A stretch of DNA of 64,000 bases from an uncultured Parachlamydiaceae bacterium (lineage in GTDB: Bacteria; Chlamydiota; Chlamydiia; Chlamydiales; Parachlamydiaceae). A program made the translations under genes and the position numbers. The stretch is from the NCBI GenBank assembly GCA_963752155.1, contig CAVVXH010000002.1, positions 32,001 through 96,000 on the forward strand, written 5' to 3'. The notes below the pieces were generated by a model, which saw nothing but the letters and a program-made list of their open reading frames with translations, ran no database searches and had not been told where the DNA came from. How positions within the stretch are numbered: position 1 is the stretch's first letter; the number at the start of each line of letters is the position of its first letter. Below are positions 51,082 to 61,601 of the stretch, one piece after another.

Positions 51082-51438
51082 TTATTGTCCTTCGAGCCTT
51101 AAAACTAAGTATTTATAATGGTTTACCAGCCCCATTGCTGGTGCGTTTTGCCATGGAAAAACCTGAACCACTTCAAAAGTTTTTCCGAAGAAAAGAACAA
51201 GGTCGGGATTTACACTTGTGACCGTATTGATGAGGGTTGAAGTAAAAAGCTTATAGCCTTCTGAATCTCTTCTTGCCTCTGGCAGCTCCTGCATTTCTTC
51301 ACCCTTCATGGGCTGGATGCTGGAAGTTATTTGAGTATCTGTGTAAGCGCCATCAATCCAGCGCCCATTCGTATAACCTCCGCTTTGAAAGCGACGAAGT
51401 ATTACTGGAGAGCGAAAGATTTCAAATGGCGATGTCAT
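51082..51438 (-). CDS. Head closure/head-tail adaptor
   Basis: GGYTNGRW, SIQP..LPEARR, DLV.F.GKTFEV...W...HYK; neck-module position. Confidence 0.7.
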   Translation of the reverse strand: MTSPFEIFRSPVILRRFQSGGYTNGRWIDGAYTDTQITSSIQPMKGEEMQELPEARRDSEGYKLFTSTLINTVTSVNPDLVLFFGKTFEVVQVFPWQNAPAMGLVNHYKYLVLRLEGQ

Positions 51439-51917
51439 TTGAGTACCACCTTATAGCGCACTGACTGCACCATCTGACCGAAGTCAATTAAAGGTTTGGA
51501 GCTTTTTTTAATAGCGATAGTCCTTGGAGAATTGGGAGGGGAAACAATTGCACGGATTTTTTGAACAATTAGTTTTGTCATTAGCTGTCCTATCAATCCT
51601 AACGATTTTTCTGTTGTTCTTTTACCGTCCAAAATTTTAGTGTATTCGCCCTGTATCGCCTTGTTTATTAATGCCTTGTTCTCATCAAAGCTTGTAGACA
51701 TAAAGGGTCTGGCTGGAATTGTATTCGTCCCGAATTCATTCCCTGCTGCTATTTGAGGAATTGAAAGTCCAGCAGTTTGCTTCCGCTGTCCTTTTACCTG
51801 TGTCTTTGTGGCGGTTCCCTCTTGAAAACCGACCTTGACGTAGGAGCCATCGAGCAAAGCAATTTGCCGTTGGATTTCATCAAATCCTAGATCCTTATCC
51901 TTGACAACAGCACGCAT
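51435..51917 (-). CDS. Neck/tail completion protein (HK97 gp10-like)
   Basis: VKVG, NEFGT..IPARPFM, PPNSPRTI..K.SSKPLID.G. Confidence 0.78.
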   Translation of the reverse strand: MRAVVKDKDLGFDEIQRQIALLDGSYVKVGFQEGTATKTQVKGQRKQTAGLSIPQIAAGNEFGTNTIPARPFMSTSFDENKALINKAIQGEYTKILDGKRTTEKSLGLIGQLMTKLIVQKIRAIVSPPNSPRTIAIKKSSKPLIDFGQMVQSVRYKVVLK

Positions 51918-52308
51918 TGATCACCGCAAAATTAGGGGGTAAATTCGTTACAGTTGAACCGATGACGGTTCGTTTGATCAAATCTTTGTACAACCTGCCA
52001 TATTGGGTGGCATTCAGGATGGAAGAATCGGGCGAGATTGCAAGCCCAATGGACAGTTCTCCCTCGCTGAGATTAGTAGCCACTCCTGTTTGAGGACTGG
52101 TTTGCAATTGAAGCCAATGAGCCAAAAGATAGACGTAAGCTAGCACGCCGCAGCAAGATAAGACCTGTTCATTGACTTGGCATCTCAACAAACCAATCAT
52201 GGTATTGTAGTTAGCCAACTTCGTTGGATCGGTCGTATAGAACTGCGGTGCAATAACGAATAACGTATCAATTATCGTTTGACTTGGTATTGGATCCGAA
52301 ATGCTCAT
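51895..52308 (-). CDS. Head-tail connector (DUF4054-like)
   Basis: APQF, LLAHWL, SEGELSI, TQYGRLY; start placed at 52308. Confidence 0.75.
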   Translation of the reverse strand: MSISDPIPSQTIIDTLFVIAPQFYTTDPTKLANYNTMIGLLRCQVNEQVLSCCGVLAYVYLLAHWLQLQTSPQTGVATNLSEGELSIGLAISPDSSILNATQYGRLYKDLIKRTVIGSTVTNLPPNFAVINACCCQG

Positions 52309-52651
52309 TTTCCTCTTCCTCCGCTTGATGAGAAATTTTATGAAGCTGTTTTTTAGCTGCATCTACGACTTTGTCACGGCCATCTTCATCGATAATTCGA
52401 GTCAGATAGGCGTGGTCATAAATTTGAGGGATGAGTTTCATCATCTCCTTAACAGACTTCTTGCCATCCGCTTCCTTGTCTGAAGATTCGGGAATAATCA
52501 CGATGATCCCTTCTTCGACCCTATGTTGAAATAAAGGGTGAAGGAGGAGGGCTTTGAGTTCGCCCTCCGGAATCTCATTGATCCCTGGCATCAGGCGGCT
52601 GGTGAAGTTACAATAGTAGACGTTCTTACCGTTGTACTTGACTAAAGCCAT
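52268..52651 (-). CDS. Hypothetical head-associated protein
   Basis: LMPGINEI motif; starts at the capsid gene stop. Confidence 0.6.
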   Translation of the reverse strand: MALVKYNGKNVYYCNFTSRLMPGINEIPEGELKALLLHPLFQHRVEEGIIVIIPESSDKEADGKKSVKEMMKLIPQIYDHAYLTRIIDEDGRDKVVDAAKKQLHKISHQAEEEENEHFGSNTKSNDN

Positions 52652-53580
52652 TAGATTCCCTCCCCGATCGACAGTGAAAGTGGATAATAGATGATGATCC
52701 CGCCGTAACGAGATTCGCAGTTTACGATGAACTCAAGGCCACGTTCTTGAGGTGGATATTGAGTAAATGGCATTGGAATCTCCATCGTGAGCTTATCAGG
52801 GTTCTTCTCATAAGCGATCATGATGTCAACACCGCCAGGGCCTGCACCCTTCAATTCTGGAACCCAGTCCACAGTTGTGATGAACGGATTATTTTGAATA
52901 AAATATTCCAAAATCGTCGTATCGCTGTTAGCGGAACGAGGAGTTGAAGAGATCAACGTGTATTGATCGATAGGAAGAATCAACGTGTTAGGCATTTCAA
53001 CCCCATTTGTGAGGCCTACAATACCGTTGGACAATTGATTCATATCGCGCAAGATTTGATCAGGTGTTTTATTGACCCAAAGTGTAGAAGCGCCTGTACC
53101 ATCTGCAGGAACAGAAGCTGCTGGAATGTTTGGGTTATTAGTCAGACCAAGGATGTTGGAACCATTATCTCCAAACCAGGCAAGCTTATTCACCTTTTGG
53201 TCATTGGCTCTTCGAGTGGCGTTTGCCTGACGTTGTGTAAGACTTCTGCCTACAAACATCGCGGCTCTAATTTCCTGCATCGAATACCCATAGCTGGCTC
53301 CAATGGATTTCACTGGAGTGATGAATTCCTTACCGCGAATATCGCAACGAGGGAAGTCATCGGCATAGCTCGAAATGATTCGTGCAAGACCTGTTTCTTC
53401 AAACGATTGGTAAGTGATCGATTCCGCACCCGCACCAGCTTCTGTGCTAACAGGAATTAGCTTGATCGCTTTTAGCGGAGGGAATTCAATGTCGTACGAC
53501 TTTGATTTTATGGACTCGAGCTCACGAGCAAAGAACGCAGTCTCTGCCGAGTCGAGATTAACGCTTACAATTCTATCCAT
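52651..53580 (-). CDS. Major capsid protein (DUF2184/HK97-like)
   Basis: FFARELE, YGYSMQEIRAA, AWFGD..GLTNNPN, PNTLILP, RYGGIIIYYP. Confidence 0.9.
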   Translation of the reverse strand: MDRIVSVNLDSAETAFFARELESIKSKSYDIEFPPLKAIKLIPVSTEAGAGAESITYQSFEETGLARIISSYADDFPRCDIRGKEFITPVKSIGASYGYSMQEIRAAMFVGRSLTQRQANATRRANDQKVNKLAWFGDNGSNILGLTNNPNIPAASVPADGTGASTLWVNKTPDQILRDMNQLSNGIVGLTNGVEMPNTLILPIDQYTLISSTPRSANSDTTILEYFIQNNPFITTVDWVPELKGAGPGGVDIMIAYEKNPDKLTMEIPMPFTQYPPQERGLEFIVNCESRYGGIIIYYPLSLSIGEGI

Positions 53581-53592
53581 TTTACCTTCTCC

Positions 53593-54375
53593 TTAGTTCG
53601 GCAAGTTGATTTCTAATGTTGCAAGAGCACCAGCTGTAGCTCCAACGGTGTACCTTGCAGTTGGAAGGGCGATTGCACGGCCCCCATCTGAGTCCGCACG
53701 GAATCCACCAGGAAGCAGAAGACCATTAGCGGCAAATCTCCAGTACACTGGGCTGTCGCTTGTTAGGTTTTGTTCAGCTGCAACATAGATACGGCCTCGA
53801 GTGAGGAGAGATACGCAATCTCCTTGGAAATAAATCGGATTCCCAAATGATCCGAGCGGATTCAATGGGTTCGGTTTATTTTGAGTTCTTGCGCCTACTC
53901 CGTAGAATGTATCTTGAGTGGTGTTTGTTATAGTTGCGGTGGCTTGCGATGCGCCGGCTGTGACTACGAATGAGTTAACGACGGCGACACTTCCCTCTGT
54001 GGCTTTCACTGTGAGGGTATGGTTGCTTGGATCGCTCACGGCTGCAGAAGCAATGTGAGGTTGAGCCAAGATCGCAGCTGCAATGGCATTCATTGTGGCT
54101 AGACTGGAAACCGCAAACGTGATGGGTGCTAACGCTACCCCATTGACGCTGACATTGATCACGTTGCTCGTGACAAGGTCGGCACTTATGACAATGGTTG
54201 ATAGATTAGACTGGGGGAGGCGGACTACGTAATCTTGACCGATTACTTTTGCAAGTCCGAGCCCTATATTAAAATTCTCAAATGCTATAGGAGAAAGGAC
54301 GTTTTTAAAGCCGGAATCGGCTAAAAGACCTACGCTCCCGACATCCATTAAAAAGGGATAGCTTAGTTGTGGCAT
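53593..54375 (-). CDS. Head decoration/cement protein with inserted domain
   Basis: Lies between scaffold and capsid; GDCVSLLTRGRIYV...VYWRF...GGFR. Confidence 0.75.
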   Translation of the reverse strand: MPQLSYPFLMDVGSVGLLADSGFKNVLSPIAFENFNIGLGLAKVIGQDYVVRLPQSNLSTIVISADLVTSNVINVSVNGVALAPITFAVSSLATMNAIAAAILAQPHIASAAVSDPSNHTLTVKATEGSVAVVNSFVVTAGASQATATITNTTQDTFYGVGARTQNKPNPLNPLGSFGNPIYFQGDCVSLLTRGRIYVAAEQNLTSDSPVYWRFAANGLLLPGGFRADSDGGRAIALPTARYTVGATAGALATLEINLPN

Positions 54376-55655
54376 GGTATTTTACCTCCGGGCTTGTAAC
54401 CATTTTTCATCTTGTCGATCATTGCCTGGCGAGCCATGGCGGAATCAGCAGGTTGATGATCGAACTTAGTTCTGTATTCAACTGGAGTTGCAATGACTTG
54501 AGATGGGGCAGGGGTCATATCTTCGAGCAGAGCATCAAATCTCGCTTGAATATAGACTGCAGTTTTTCCATCTAAATTTACGTTCTTTTGGCGAGCCTTG
54601 ATGACTTCCTTTTTGATTTCCAGATCGGACATATCATCAATTCTAGCTAAGGTTTTAGAGTCCAAGACACTCTCTGCAACTTTTTGCAGTTTGACCCGCT
54701 CTTTAACCAGAGATCTGATAGATGCGGCGTCCATATTGTTGTATTTGTCGTTCTCTCTTTTTTCCTTGTCTTGTGGCTTTAAGGGAACGCGTTCTCCATT
54801 GGGAGCTTTGACAGGAGTTTCATGGGTTGCATAAGGATTTTCCTTAGACATGTAACCCACTTCTTTTTCTTCCTTTTCTTCTGCTTCGTCTTCCTCTTCT
54901 TTGAGGTCGACATCCCCATTTTTTATTGAATTAAGTTCAGCAGAAAGCTTGTCTTTTTCTTCAGCTATTCTGCTATTTTCTGCTTCGAGATTTGCGATGC
55001 GGGCAAGCAGCTGCTCAACTTGATTAGCTACATTGTCCTCCATCAAAATCTCGTCATCGTCAATTTTGACTTTCCTTTTAGCCATATTGGCCTCCTCTAT
55101 TAAGATTTCTTCTGCATCGAAACTATCTAATGCGATTCTTGCCTCGTTGCCTGCTCTGGCATTGTCAACAATGCTTAAGTGGTTGTATTTGATATTGGAT
55201 TGACGGAAGTTATAAGGCTGGCCGTTGTAGCTTCCTTCTTCCGGGATGAGATCGACGGTGTAACCGAGAGATAGTTCTCTACGGTTTTTGTCAGTAACGT
55301 CTTTAACGCTTGCAAGATCTGTAATTACTAAATTTGAAAGGACAAACTCACCGTCTTGGGTAATTGTTTCCCCTGTATAGCCAATGGCAAGACGCTTGGC
55401 ATTTTCAGCCGAGACAAGGCGTTCTTGAGGATGCCCATTTGTCACAGGAATCATTTTCATGGTGTCCAGACTGTCTATTTTAAAAACTTCGTCAGGATGA
55501 CGCAGTTCTTTGCGAATAGTTCCATCTGGGTTTTTATAGAGAAAAACACCCGTGCGGGTGACTATGGCATTGGCTTTGATGTACCCTTCATCTGTAATGA
55601 AGGCATCGCCTTTGACTTGTCCTCTATCAAAACGAGCAACATCATTTAATTTCAT
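54363..55655 (-). CDS. Prohead protease/scaffold (DUF2213)
   Basis: TDEGY, RTGVFLY, PVTNGHP, RELSLGY, NHLSIVDNARAG; acidic coiled-coil C-terminus. Confidence 0.9.
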   Translation of the reverse strand: MKLNDVARFDRGQVKGDAFITDEGYIKANAIVTRTGVFLYKNPDGTIRKELRHPDEVFKIDSLDTMKMIPVTNGHPQERLVSAENAKRLAIGYTGETITQDGEFVLSNLVITDLASVKDVTDKNRRELSLGYTVDLIPEEGSYNGQPYNFRQSNIKYNHLSIVDNARAGNEARIALDSFDAEEILIEEANMAKRKVKIDDDEILMEDNVANQVEQLLARIANLEAENSRIAEEKDKLSAELNSIKNGDVDLKEEEDEAEEKEEKEVGYMSKENPYATHETPVKAPNGERVPLKPQDKEKRENDKYNNMDAASIRSLVKERVKLQKVAESVLDSKTLARIDDMSDLEIKKEVIKARQKNVNLDGKTAVYIQARFDALLEDMTPAPSQVIATPVEYRTKFDHQPADSAMARQAMIDKMKNGYKPGGKIPCHN

Positions 55656-55792
55656 TTCTCTACCCAAAAATCAAAATGTTAAAATCACAACTTTTTCAAC
55701 TCGAATAAGTTGGTTAACTGGTTAGCTGGAGGTTGGGTAGAGGTGTATGGATTACTGGAAATCTTATTGGTTGGATAGATGATTGGTTGAGT

Positions 55793-56646
55793 CTAGATAT
55801 CTAAGAGTCCTTCTAAAACTGGAACAGCGACACATCGGCAATTTATATCAGTTCCCGGATGGCCAGTATCTTTCGGTGGATTATCCCAACGAAATTTCTT
55901 ACCATCATGGGCTTTGTGGGTAGAACGAACTCTTTCATCGCCTGCCGTTTGCCAGATGTATTCTTCGACACCTAATTCTTGCTGCCTAAGTTTTGTTAAA
56001 CTCGCATTCAATTTGGATGTCTGATCTCTCGCGATTAATTTCGCGCGCCGTCTAGTAATTCCGAATCTTTCTTGGATTGATTGAGTCATTGAGTGAAATC
56101 TGCTTCCTTCCTGCAAGCCCCTCTCGATGATCTGTGCGACCTGCTCGAGTTCTTGCTGCTGGAAGAGAGCGGATTAATTGAGCATTTTGGCTTCCGAACA
56201 ATTTTAACTGGTCTTGCAAGCCAAGGCTGGTCGATAAAAATATCAATCCCGAAAACGGAATTATTGATTCTATCGAACTGCCTTTTATTGTATCTGGCGA
56301 CTTGTACGCCAATTATTTTTGATTCCGCTATGGTTTCTTCAACTTTACCCTTTATAGCGTGTATTACAGAATTTATCAATCTTTTTAATGCATCAGAAAA
56401 ATCATCGCCCCTGGCCGGAGATGTTGGATAGAGCTGTTCCACCTCTAAAATCAGAGAGGGGAGTGCTGGGATAACGATTTCTTTGATAAGGTTTTTTAAT
56501 TCGTTTGTTAGAGAGAAAAGCACTCTCATATATTCTCTTTCCAGAGAAGATGGCGGATGCCATTTAGGAGGTTTTTTCATCTTTGCTGTTTGAAGCTTCC
56601 CCATGCGCCTCTGTTTAATTTTAGCAAGCTGATCAATAGAAACCAT
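55793..56646 (-). CDS. Minor head protein (Mu gpF/SPP1 gp7-like), split by two +1 frameshifts
   Basis: RAKLIARDQ, YIWQTAGDERVR..H, PG.DINCRC; three ORF pieces join if single bases at ~56220 and ~56158 are removed. Confidence 0.82.
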
Positions 56647-56648
56647 GG

Positions 56649-58107
56649 TTATACCTGTGAGCGATATCTGATTCCTGTAGGCATAAAATCAGGCCCAATG
56701 CCTGGAGGAGGGGTTTCTTGTGCTTTTTTCTCTTTTTCTAATTCAGCCACTTCTTCTGGATCAAAACCATTTTTACGGCCTTCAAGATCCACTTCAGTAT
56801 TCATAGACCAACGGTTGCCACCGAAACGAGAAACAGCCACTTCAGCAGGATCAAGAACTCCTCTGTCGAGATAAATGGCGTCTGTTTCCGCGACGATTTT
56901 TCTGACGATGGCTTCTTGTTCTTCGGTGTTTTGCCATAAGGGGACAAATTGGATGGACCAGTTGTCCGGTTCGATTGCCAGTGAAGGATCCATTTTTAGA
57001 GAGCATGATGTAGCGAGTAAGCTTTTCAAGGACTGGTTTAAGCTTGGATTCTTGTTCTTGCTTAACCATATCGTAAAAATTTCTGACATCGTTATCTCCA
57101 GTGGAGTTCATTCCGGCGGCGCTTCTTCCAAAAAGGAGGGATACTGGAATACCAGAGACCGCAGATAGAGCTAGCATAAAACGATCGAGAAGCTCAGGGA
57201 TGCCAGAGATGTTGGTTGAGGCTTTTTCATATTTCTCCTCTGCATCCAATATCATCGTATTGGTTGCGCCTTTGGTTAAATTGAGAATATCAAGCCGTTT
57301 CATGACCTGATTGTCAGCACATTGTGAAGCGATTAATTCCGCGAGATTGGGAATGGAAAGAGTGTAATTGACGAAGTCTTGCATGATAAGCCCTGCATTA
57401 GCAAAGGCCGTGGAGTAGTTACGAAGCTCATCGTAGATTGATTGAATAAGGGGATCGCCCCAACCATTATTGAAATTTTGCTGCCTTGGAGGCAGTATAG
57501 ACCAGTCTACACGTAGAATTCGTGAATGATGTACATAGAATAGAGCTCCTGTGCGAGTGTCATTGACCGTATAGACATTTGGATAGCCATAATTCGGGCT
57601 ATTCAGATCCTTTTCGAAAGTCCCATCTCTGCTGAAAGATTGATAGCGATCGAATACATGGAGCCATTTTATATCCCTAATATTTCTCTCGTCGACAGGC
57701 TCTTCAAGAGGTAAGCCATCGGCAATTCCCATCACGCAAAGAGCACCTCCATACAATCTGGCCCACCGAAGCAGAGTGATCAAATTGAAGTTGGCTTTGA
57801 TGGATTCCATTTTACGATTGATGTCTTGTCCTGAATCGCCCTCGATTTCCCATCCTTGCCTGACCATTTCGGATGGTACAATATCCATGATTCGGCGAGT
57901 GACGCCGTCAGATCGATACAATTGATCCAGTTCGGCTTGTTCGAATATTTTCTCCAGGCGAAAGTGAGCATTGACGTTCTTATCGCGCCCTCGCATGCCA
58001 AGCCCTGTCAGGACATTTATCCATCCATCAGTTTTGACAAATCCGTCATTATGAGGGACGCGACTTTGTTCTTCAGCGGATTTTTTCTCAAAATTATACG
58101 TACCCAT
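56649..58107 (-). CDS. Portal protein (DUF1073-like), split by one +1 frameshift
   Basis: DGW.NVLTGLG, ARLYGG, VHHSRIL, SGIPVSLLFG.S..GMN, YD; continues into F.PLWQ..E.E after removing one base at ~56975. Confidence 0.88.
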
Positions 58108-58318
58108 ATTCTCCCAAGATTTAGAAACTTCGATGATCTTTGCTTCTTTGGGAAATTGGGTATTAACGGCGAATAGAGTGCCGTTTTTGAGTAGATGGGT
58201 CTTGATTTAAGCAAATACTCTAAAAAAAGAGAGAATTGCTTAAAATTAATTTATCACAAGAATAAAAAAAATGATGCACAAAATTTCTTTTTCAGCATTT
58301 TTGTCGAATTCGAGCTTC

Positions 58319-59191
58319 TCAATTTTCGCTTCCAAGTAGTCCGGTATTTAATCGCAGCCAATCGTTAATCGTAGCTATAACTTGAGCAACAATTATTGGT
58401 AGATTATCAGAATTTTCTGCACGTAAATTTTTTAAATACTCGCTCCAATAATTTTGCACTTGTTTCATTTCATCCTCGGCATAAGTAATCGGCAAAGCAA
58501 GAGGGGTTTCTCGATGCTCAAATACCAAGCGTATAACTCCTTCTAGATTATGAAATGAGGGCAATTGTGAGGAAGATATCATAGAATAAAGGTCGTGAAA
58601 ATCTTTCATGCGGCTATTGAATGAGCCTCGATGGATAATGGTTTCTAACTTTTCAGCAAAAATAAATTCCTTGGGATAACAAGATAGCTTTACATTGCTT
58701 TCAAAAAGGACTCCTTTAGAATAGGCTGTAAGTGGAATCGAATATTCAACAGCATCGACAATATCTCCAAAGCCAATATCGATAGCAACTTTAAATCTAG
58801 TTTTTCCAAAATAGGCCATCATGGACACTTCAGCTCCTGGATATCCCATATGCGGATGTGTAAGTTCGCTTACCTTAATTTCTTGAAAGGCAAATCCATC
58901 TTTGAGGTCAATGTTTGCAATTTCCTCAAAAATATCTTTCAATCCAGCAACTTCATTACTGATCTTGCGTGCAAGAAAATCTAAATCATTTGTTTCTCTC
59001 CCAATTTCGATATATTTGGAGAGAAGAATACCACCTTTTAAGACAAAATGCTTACGATGTTTCGAATTAGCTAAACGTACTAGAAAGCGCTCCAGTGTGA
59101 GATTTTGCCAAAGATCGGCGGGATCTCGATTTTTTTCTTTTGCGATAGCTCGCAGTTTTGCTTTGAATGATTTTTCTAAATCTGATGTCAT
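58319..59191 (-). CDS. abiEii: Type IV TA toxin, AbiEii-family nucleotidyltransferase
   Basis: LERFLVRL, FVLKGG, RETNDLDF, IDIGFGD, AEKLE, NSRMKDFHD. Confidence 0.9.
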   Translation of the reverse strand: MTSDLEKSFKAKLRAIAKEKNRDPADLWQNLTLERFLVRLANSKHRKHFVLKGGILLSKYIEIGRETNDLDFLARKISNEVAGLKDIFEEIANIDLKDGFAFQEIKVSELTHPHMGYPGAEVSMMAYFGKTRFKVAIDIGFGDIVDAVEYSIPLTAYSKGVLFESNVKLSCYPKEFIFAEKLETIIHRGSFNSRMKDFHDLYSMISSSQLPSFHNLEGVIRLVFEHRETPLALPITYAEDEMKQVQNYWSEYLKNLRAENSDNLPIIVAQVIATINDWLRLNTGLLGSEN

Positions 59192-59783
59192 GTTGTATAT
59201 GATAAAATGTATGGGGTTATGTTAACACGCAATGTCTTTGCATATGCGCCTAATTTCTTAGGGTCTGGCTTGTATTTAGTGCTTTGAAAATATCTCTGAA
59301 TTGCTTTTATTGCAATTTCCTTGCTCAGATAGCGAAATGCATCAACAACGCAACGTTCTCTATCAAAAATGTGGACGTTATATTCACCAAGCGTCAATTT
59401 CGATTTTCCCTAGTTTAACATTGCGCATTCTAATGATTCTTGTATTTGGCCGCTTGGGAGGATAGGATTCGTGCGGTACAGCAATCCAAACTTCTCGCAT
59501 AATTTGATCCGTCAAATCATAGTAACAAAGCGCAGAAATTAAACAAATGACCCCATCGGGAATACTAACTGCGACTAATGCCAAGTTTTCCCACTGAAAT
59601 TCAACTTCTGGTTCATATTGAGAGAAGCGATAAGCTCCTGGATAAATCCTTTCTAAGGTGCCTCTTTTTACTAAATAAGCCAGAGCATGCCTAGGGACAT
59701 CCTGTTTTTCTGCCTCTGCTGATGTAAAAAGAGGGACATTGGATAAACGGCTCTAATTGTTTTAAGTACTTTGATTGTCTCAT
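59188..59783 (-). CDS. abiEi: Type IV TA antitoxin AbiEi, split by two +1 frameshifts
   Basis: Reconstructed MRQSKYLKQLEP/LSNVPLFTSAEA..LERIYPGAY..GVICLISAL.YYDLTDQI/..DRERCVVDAFRY; shifts at ~59746 and ~59398. Confidence 0.82.
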
Positions 59784-59797
59784 TCCTTAATTCTACA

Positions 59798-59830
59798 AAA
59801 CCTGCCCAATTAAGTCAAGTGGGTAGGTTT
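59798..59830. promoter_or_regulatory. Inverted repeat upstream of abiEi (candidate autoregulatory operator)
   Basis: AAACCTGCCCA / TGGGTAGGTTT (10/11). AbiEi proteins are known to repress through promoter IRs. Confidence 0.5.
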
Positions 59831-59940
59831 GGAGGAATTCGTGCAGGGAAAAAAGTCGGTTTTCAAAGAGATATTTTCTTGATCTTTATCATATGCTCAC
59901 TTATAATAAACGTGTTTAACTAGGAGAACATAGGAATCGT

Positions 59941-60387
59941 ATGACCGCAAAAGCTCATTCAGAATTCTCGTATCCTGAGGAAAGTCCAGGATTTTTGCTT
60001 TGGCAGGTTTCTAACCTTTGGCAGAAATTACAACGAAAAGCGTTATCGCAATTGAATTTAACACATGTGCAATTTGCACTGTTATCTGGAATAGGTTGCT
60101 TAGAAACTAAACAAGGGACAGTTAATCAAACGGATTTAAGTAAACATGTAGGGGCAGATGTCATGATGACTTCACAGGTTCTTCGCACGCTCGAAACAAA
60201 AGGATTAGTGGAGAGACATCGTGAGCCATCTGATCCTCGAGCCTTTTCTCTTTCTCTTACAGAGGAGGGAAGAAGCGTAACAAAAAAGGCCGTGAAAATT
60301 GTTGAAAATGTTGATGCTGACTTTTTTCAAAAAGTCCTGAAAAACAAAGCAGCATTAATAAATTTATTGAAAGAGCTGACAGGCTAA
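59941..60387 (+). CDS. MarR-family transcriptional regulator
   Basis: SPGFLLWQV, LTHVQF, SQVLRTLETKGLVER, DPRAFSLSLTEEG. Confidence 0.9.
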   Translation: MTAKAHSEFSYPEESPGFLLWQVSNLWQKLQRKALSQLNLTHVQFALLSGIGCLETKQGTVNQTDLSKHVGADVMMTSQVLRTLETKGLVERHREPSDPRAFSLSLTEEGRSVTKKAVKIVENVDADFFQKVLKNKAALINLLKELTG

Positions 60388-60735
60388 ATAAAAAATTAGA
60401 GGATTTAAATGAATTTTAACAGGAGATTTATTGCTCATTTTTAGGGGACGATGCCTAAAGATCGGTGAGTCTAAAATTACACATATCAGCGGAAGGTGGC
60501 TTCAAGGCCGCCTTACAGTGGCCAATACAAACAGGAAAATTGGCAGAGGTTCGGATTTAAGGATGAAATGAAAGCCTTAATGAAGCTGGAGCTGAAAGTA
60601 ATCGCAAACCCTAAAGGAACAGCGGTGAATTTGTCACTAGTTTAGATAAGCCCGATGACTGTGTATAACAGTAAGACCTAAACGGAACCCTACTTTCTTG
60701 ATGCGTTGTTTAAACAAATTCAAGAAGGGTAGGAA

Positions 60736-61052
60736 ATGAGCAAAAAAGATGAAAACGTACATTTTGTTTGTGCAATTTGTCATCAAAACGTGTTGCCATT
60801 GCAAAATGGAAGCTACCGAAATCATTGTCCCTTTTGCTTAGATCCATTCATGTGGACAACAAGCCTGGAGACAGAAGTAGTTCATGTAAAGGTGTGATGA
60901 TTGCTTGTCGACTGATTTATAATGGAAAAAAAGGTTGGCAGATCGTCCATAAATGCCAGCAATGTGGCATTGAAAAAGTAAATAAAATTGCAGATGGGTA
61001 TGTGCAACCCGATGATTGGCAAATCCTCATACGATTAAGCCAACAAATCTGA
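60736..61052 (+). CDS. RNHCP-domain zinc-binding protein (one-base deletion frameshift)
   Basis: MSKKDENVHFVCAIC..GSYRNHCPFC/LRSIHVDNKPGDR...HKCQQCG; shift at ~60840. Confidence 0.8.
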
Positions 61053-61061
61053 AACCCATGA

Positions 61062-61601
61062 ATGAGATGCGTAATGAATGATCAAAATACACTGATTTTG
61101 CAGATTCTCCGAGAGGAGGATCTATCAGAAATTATTAACACATTCAATTTTCCATGGACATCGCTTCAAGCGACCAAAGAAAAGTGGGAGCGTTATTATG
61201 CGGAGCAGCAAAGAAATGCTCGCACGGTTTATATAGCAAAAATTCAAGATGAGTTTGTTGGCTATGGTAGCTTACTGAGCATTTCAGAGTATCCAAATTT
61301 CAGGAATGACGGCATTCCGGAAATCCATGATGTCTGGGTTTCGGAGGAACATCGAGGAAATGGAATTGGCAAGAGATTGGTCCAATATTTAGAGAAACTA
61401 GCTCAACAAGAAAATCACAAGCAGATTGGGATTGGAGTTGGTCTTTATCAAGACTATGGGCGTGCTCAGAAATTGTATGTGCATCTTGGATATGCTCCAG
61501 ATGGTCTAGGTGTAACATATAAATATCAGTCTGTAGTGCCTGGAGAGCCTTATCCATTGGACGATGACCTCGTTATATGGCTTAAGAAGGATTTATCATG
61601 A
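61062..61601 (+). CDS. GNAT-family acetyltransferase
   Basis: EIHDVWV..EHRGNGIG, IGIGVGLYQDYGRAQKLYVHLGY.PDG. Confidence 0.88.
   Translation: MRCVMNDQNTLILQILREEDLSEIINTFNFPWTSLQATKEKWERYYAEQQRNARTVYIAKIQDEFVGYGSLLSISEYPNFRNDGIPEIHDVWVSEEHRGNGIGKRLVQYLEKLAQQENHKQIGIGVGLYQDYGRAQKLYVHLGYAPDGLGVTYKYQSVVPGEPYPLDDDLVIWLKKDLS

Noticed and set aside
56851..58107. Anti-CBASS Acb1 label sometimes attached to DUF1073 proteins
   Set aside because: Position before the minor head, protease and capsid genes indicates a portal. I see no 2H phosphoesterase motifs.
60400..60730. Possible gene downstream of marR
   Set aside because: There is an RBS and ATG near 60409, but the frame closes quickly and I could not reconstruct a recognisable protein.
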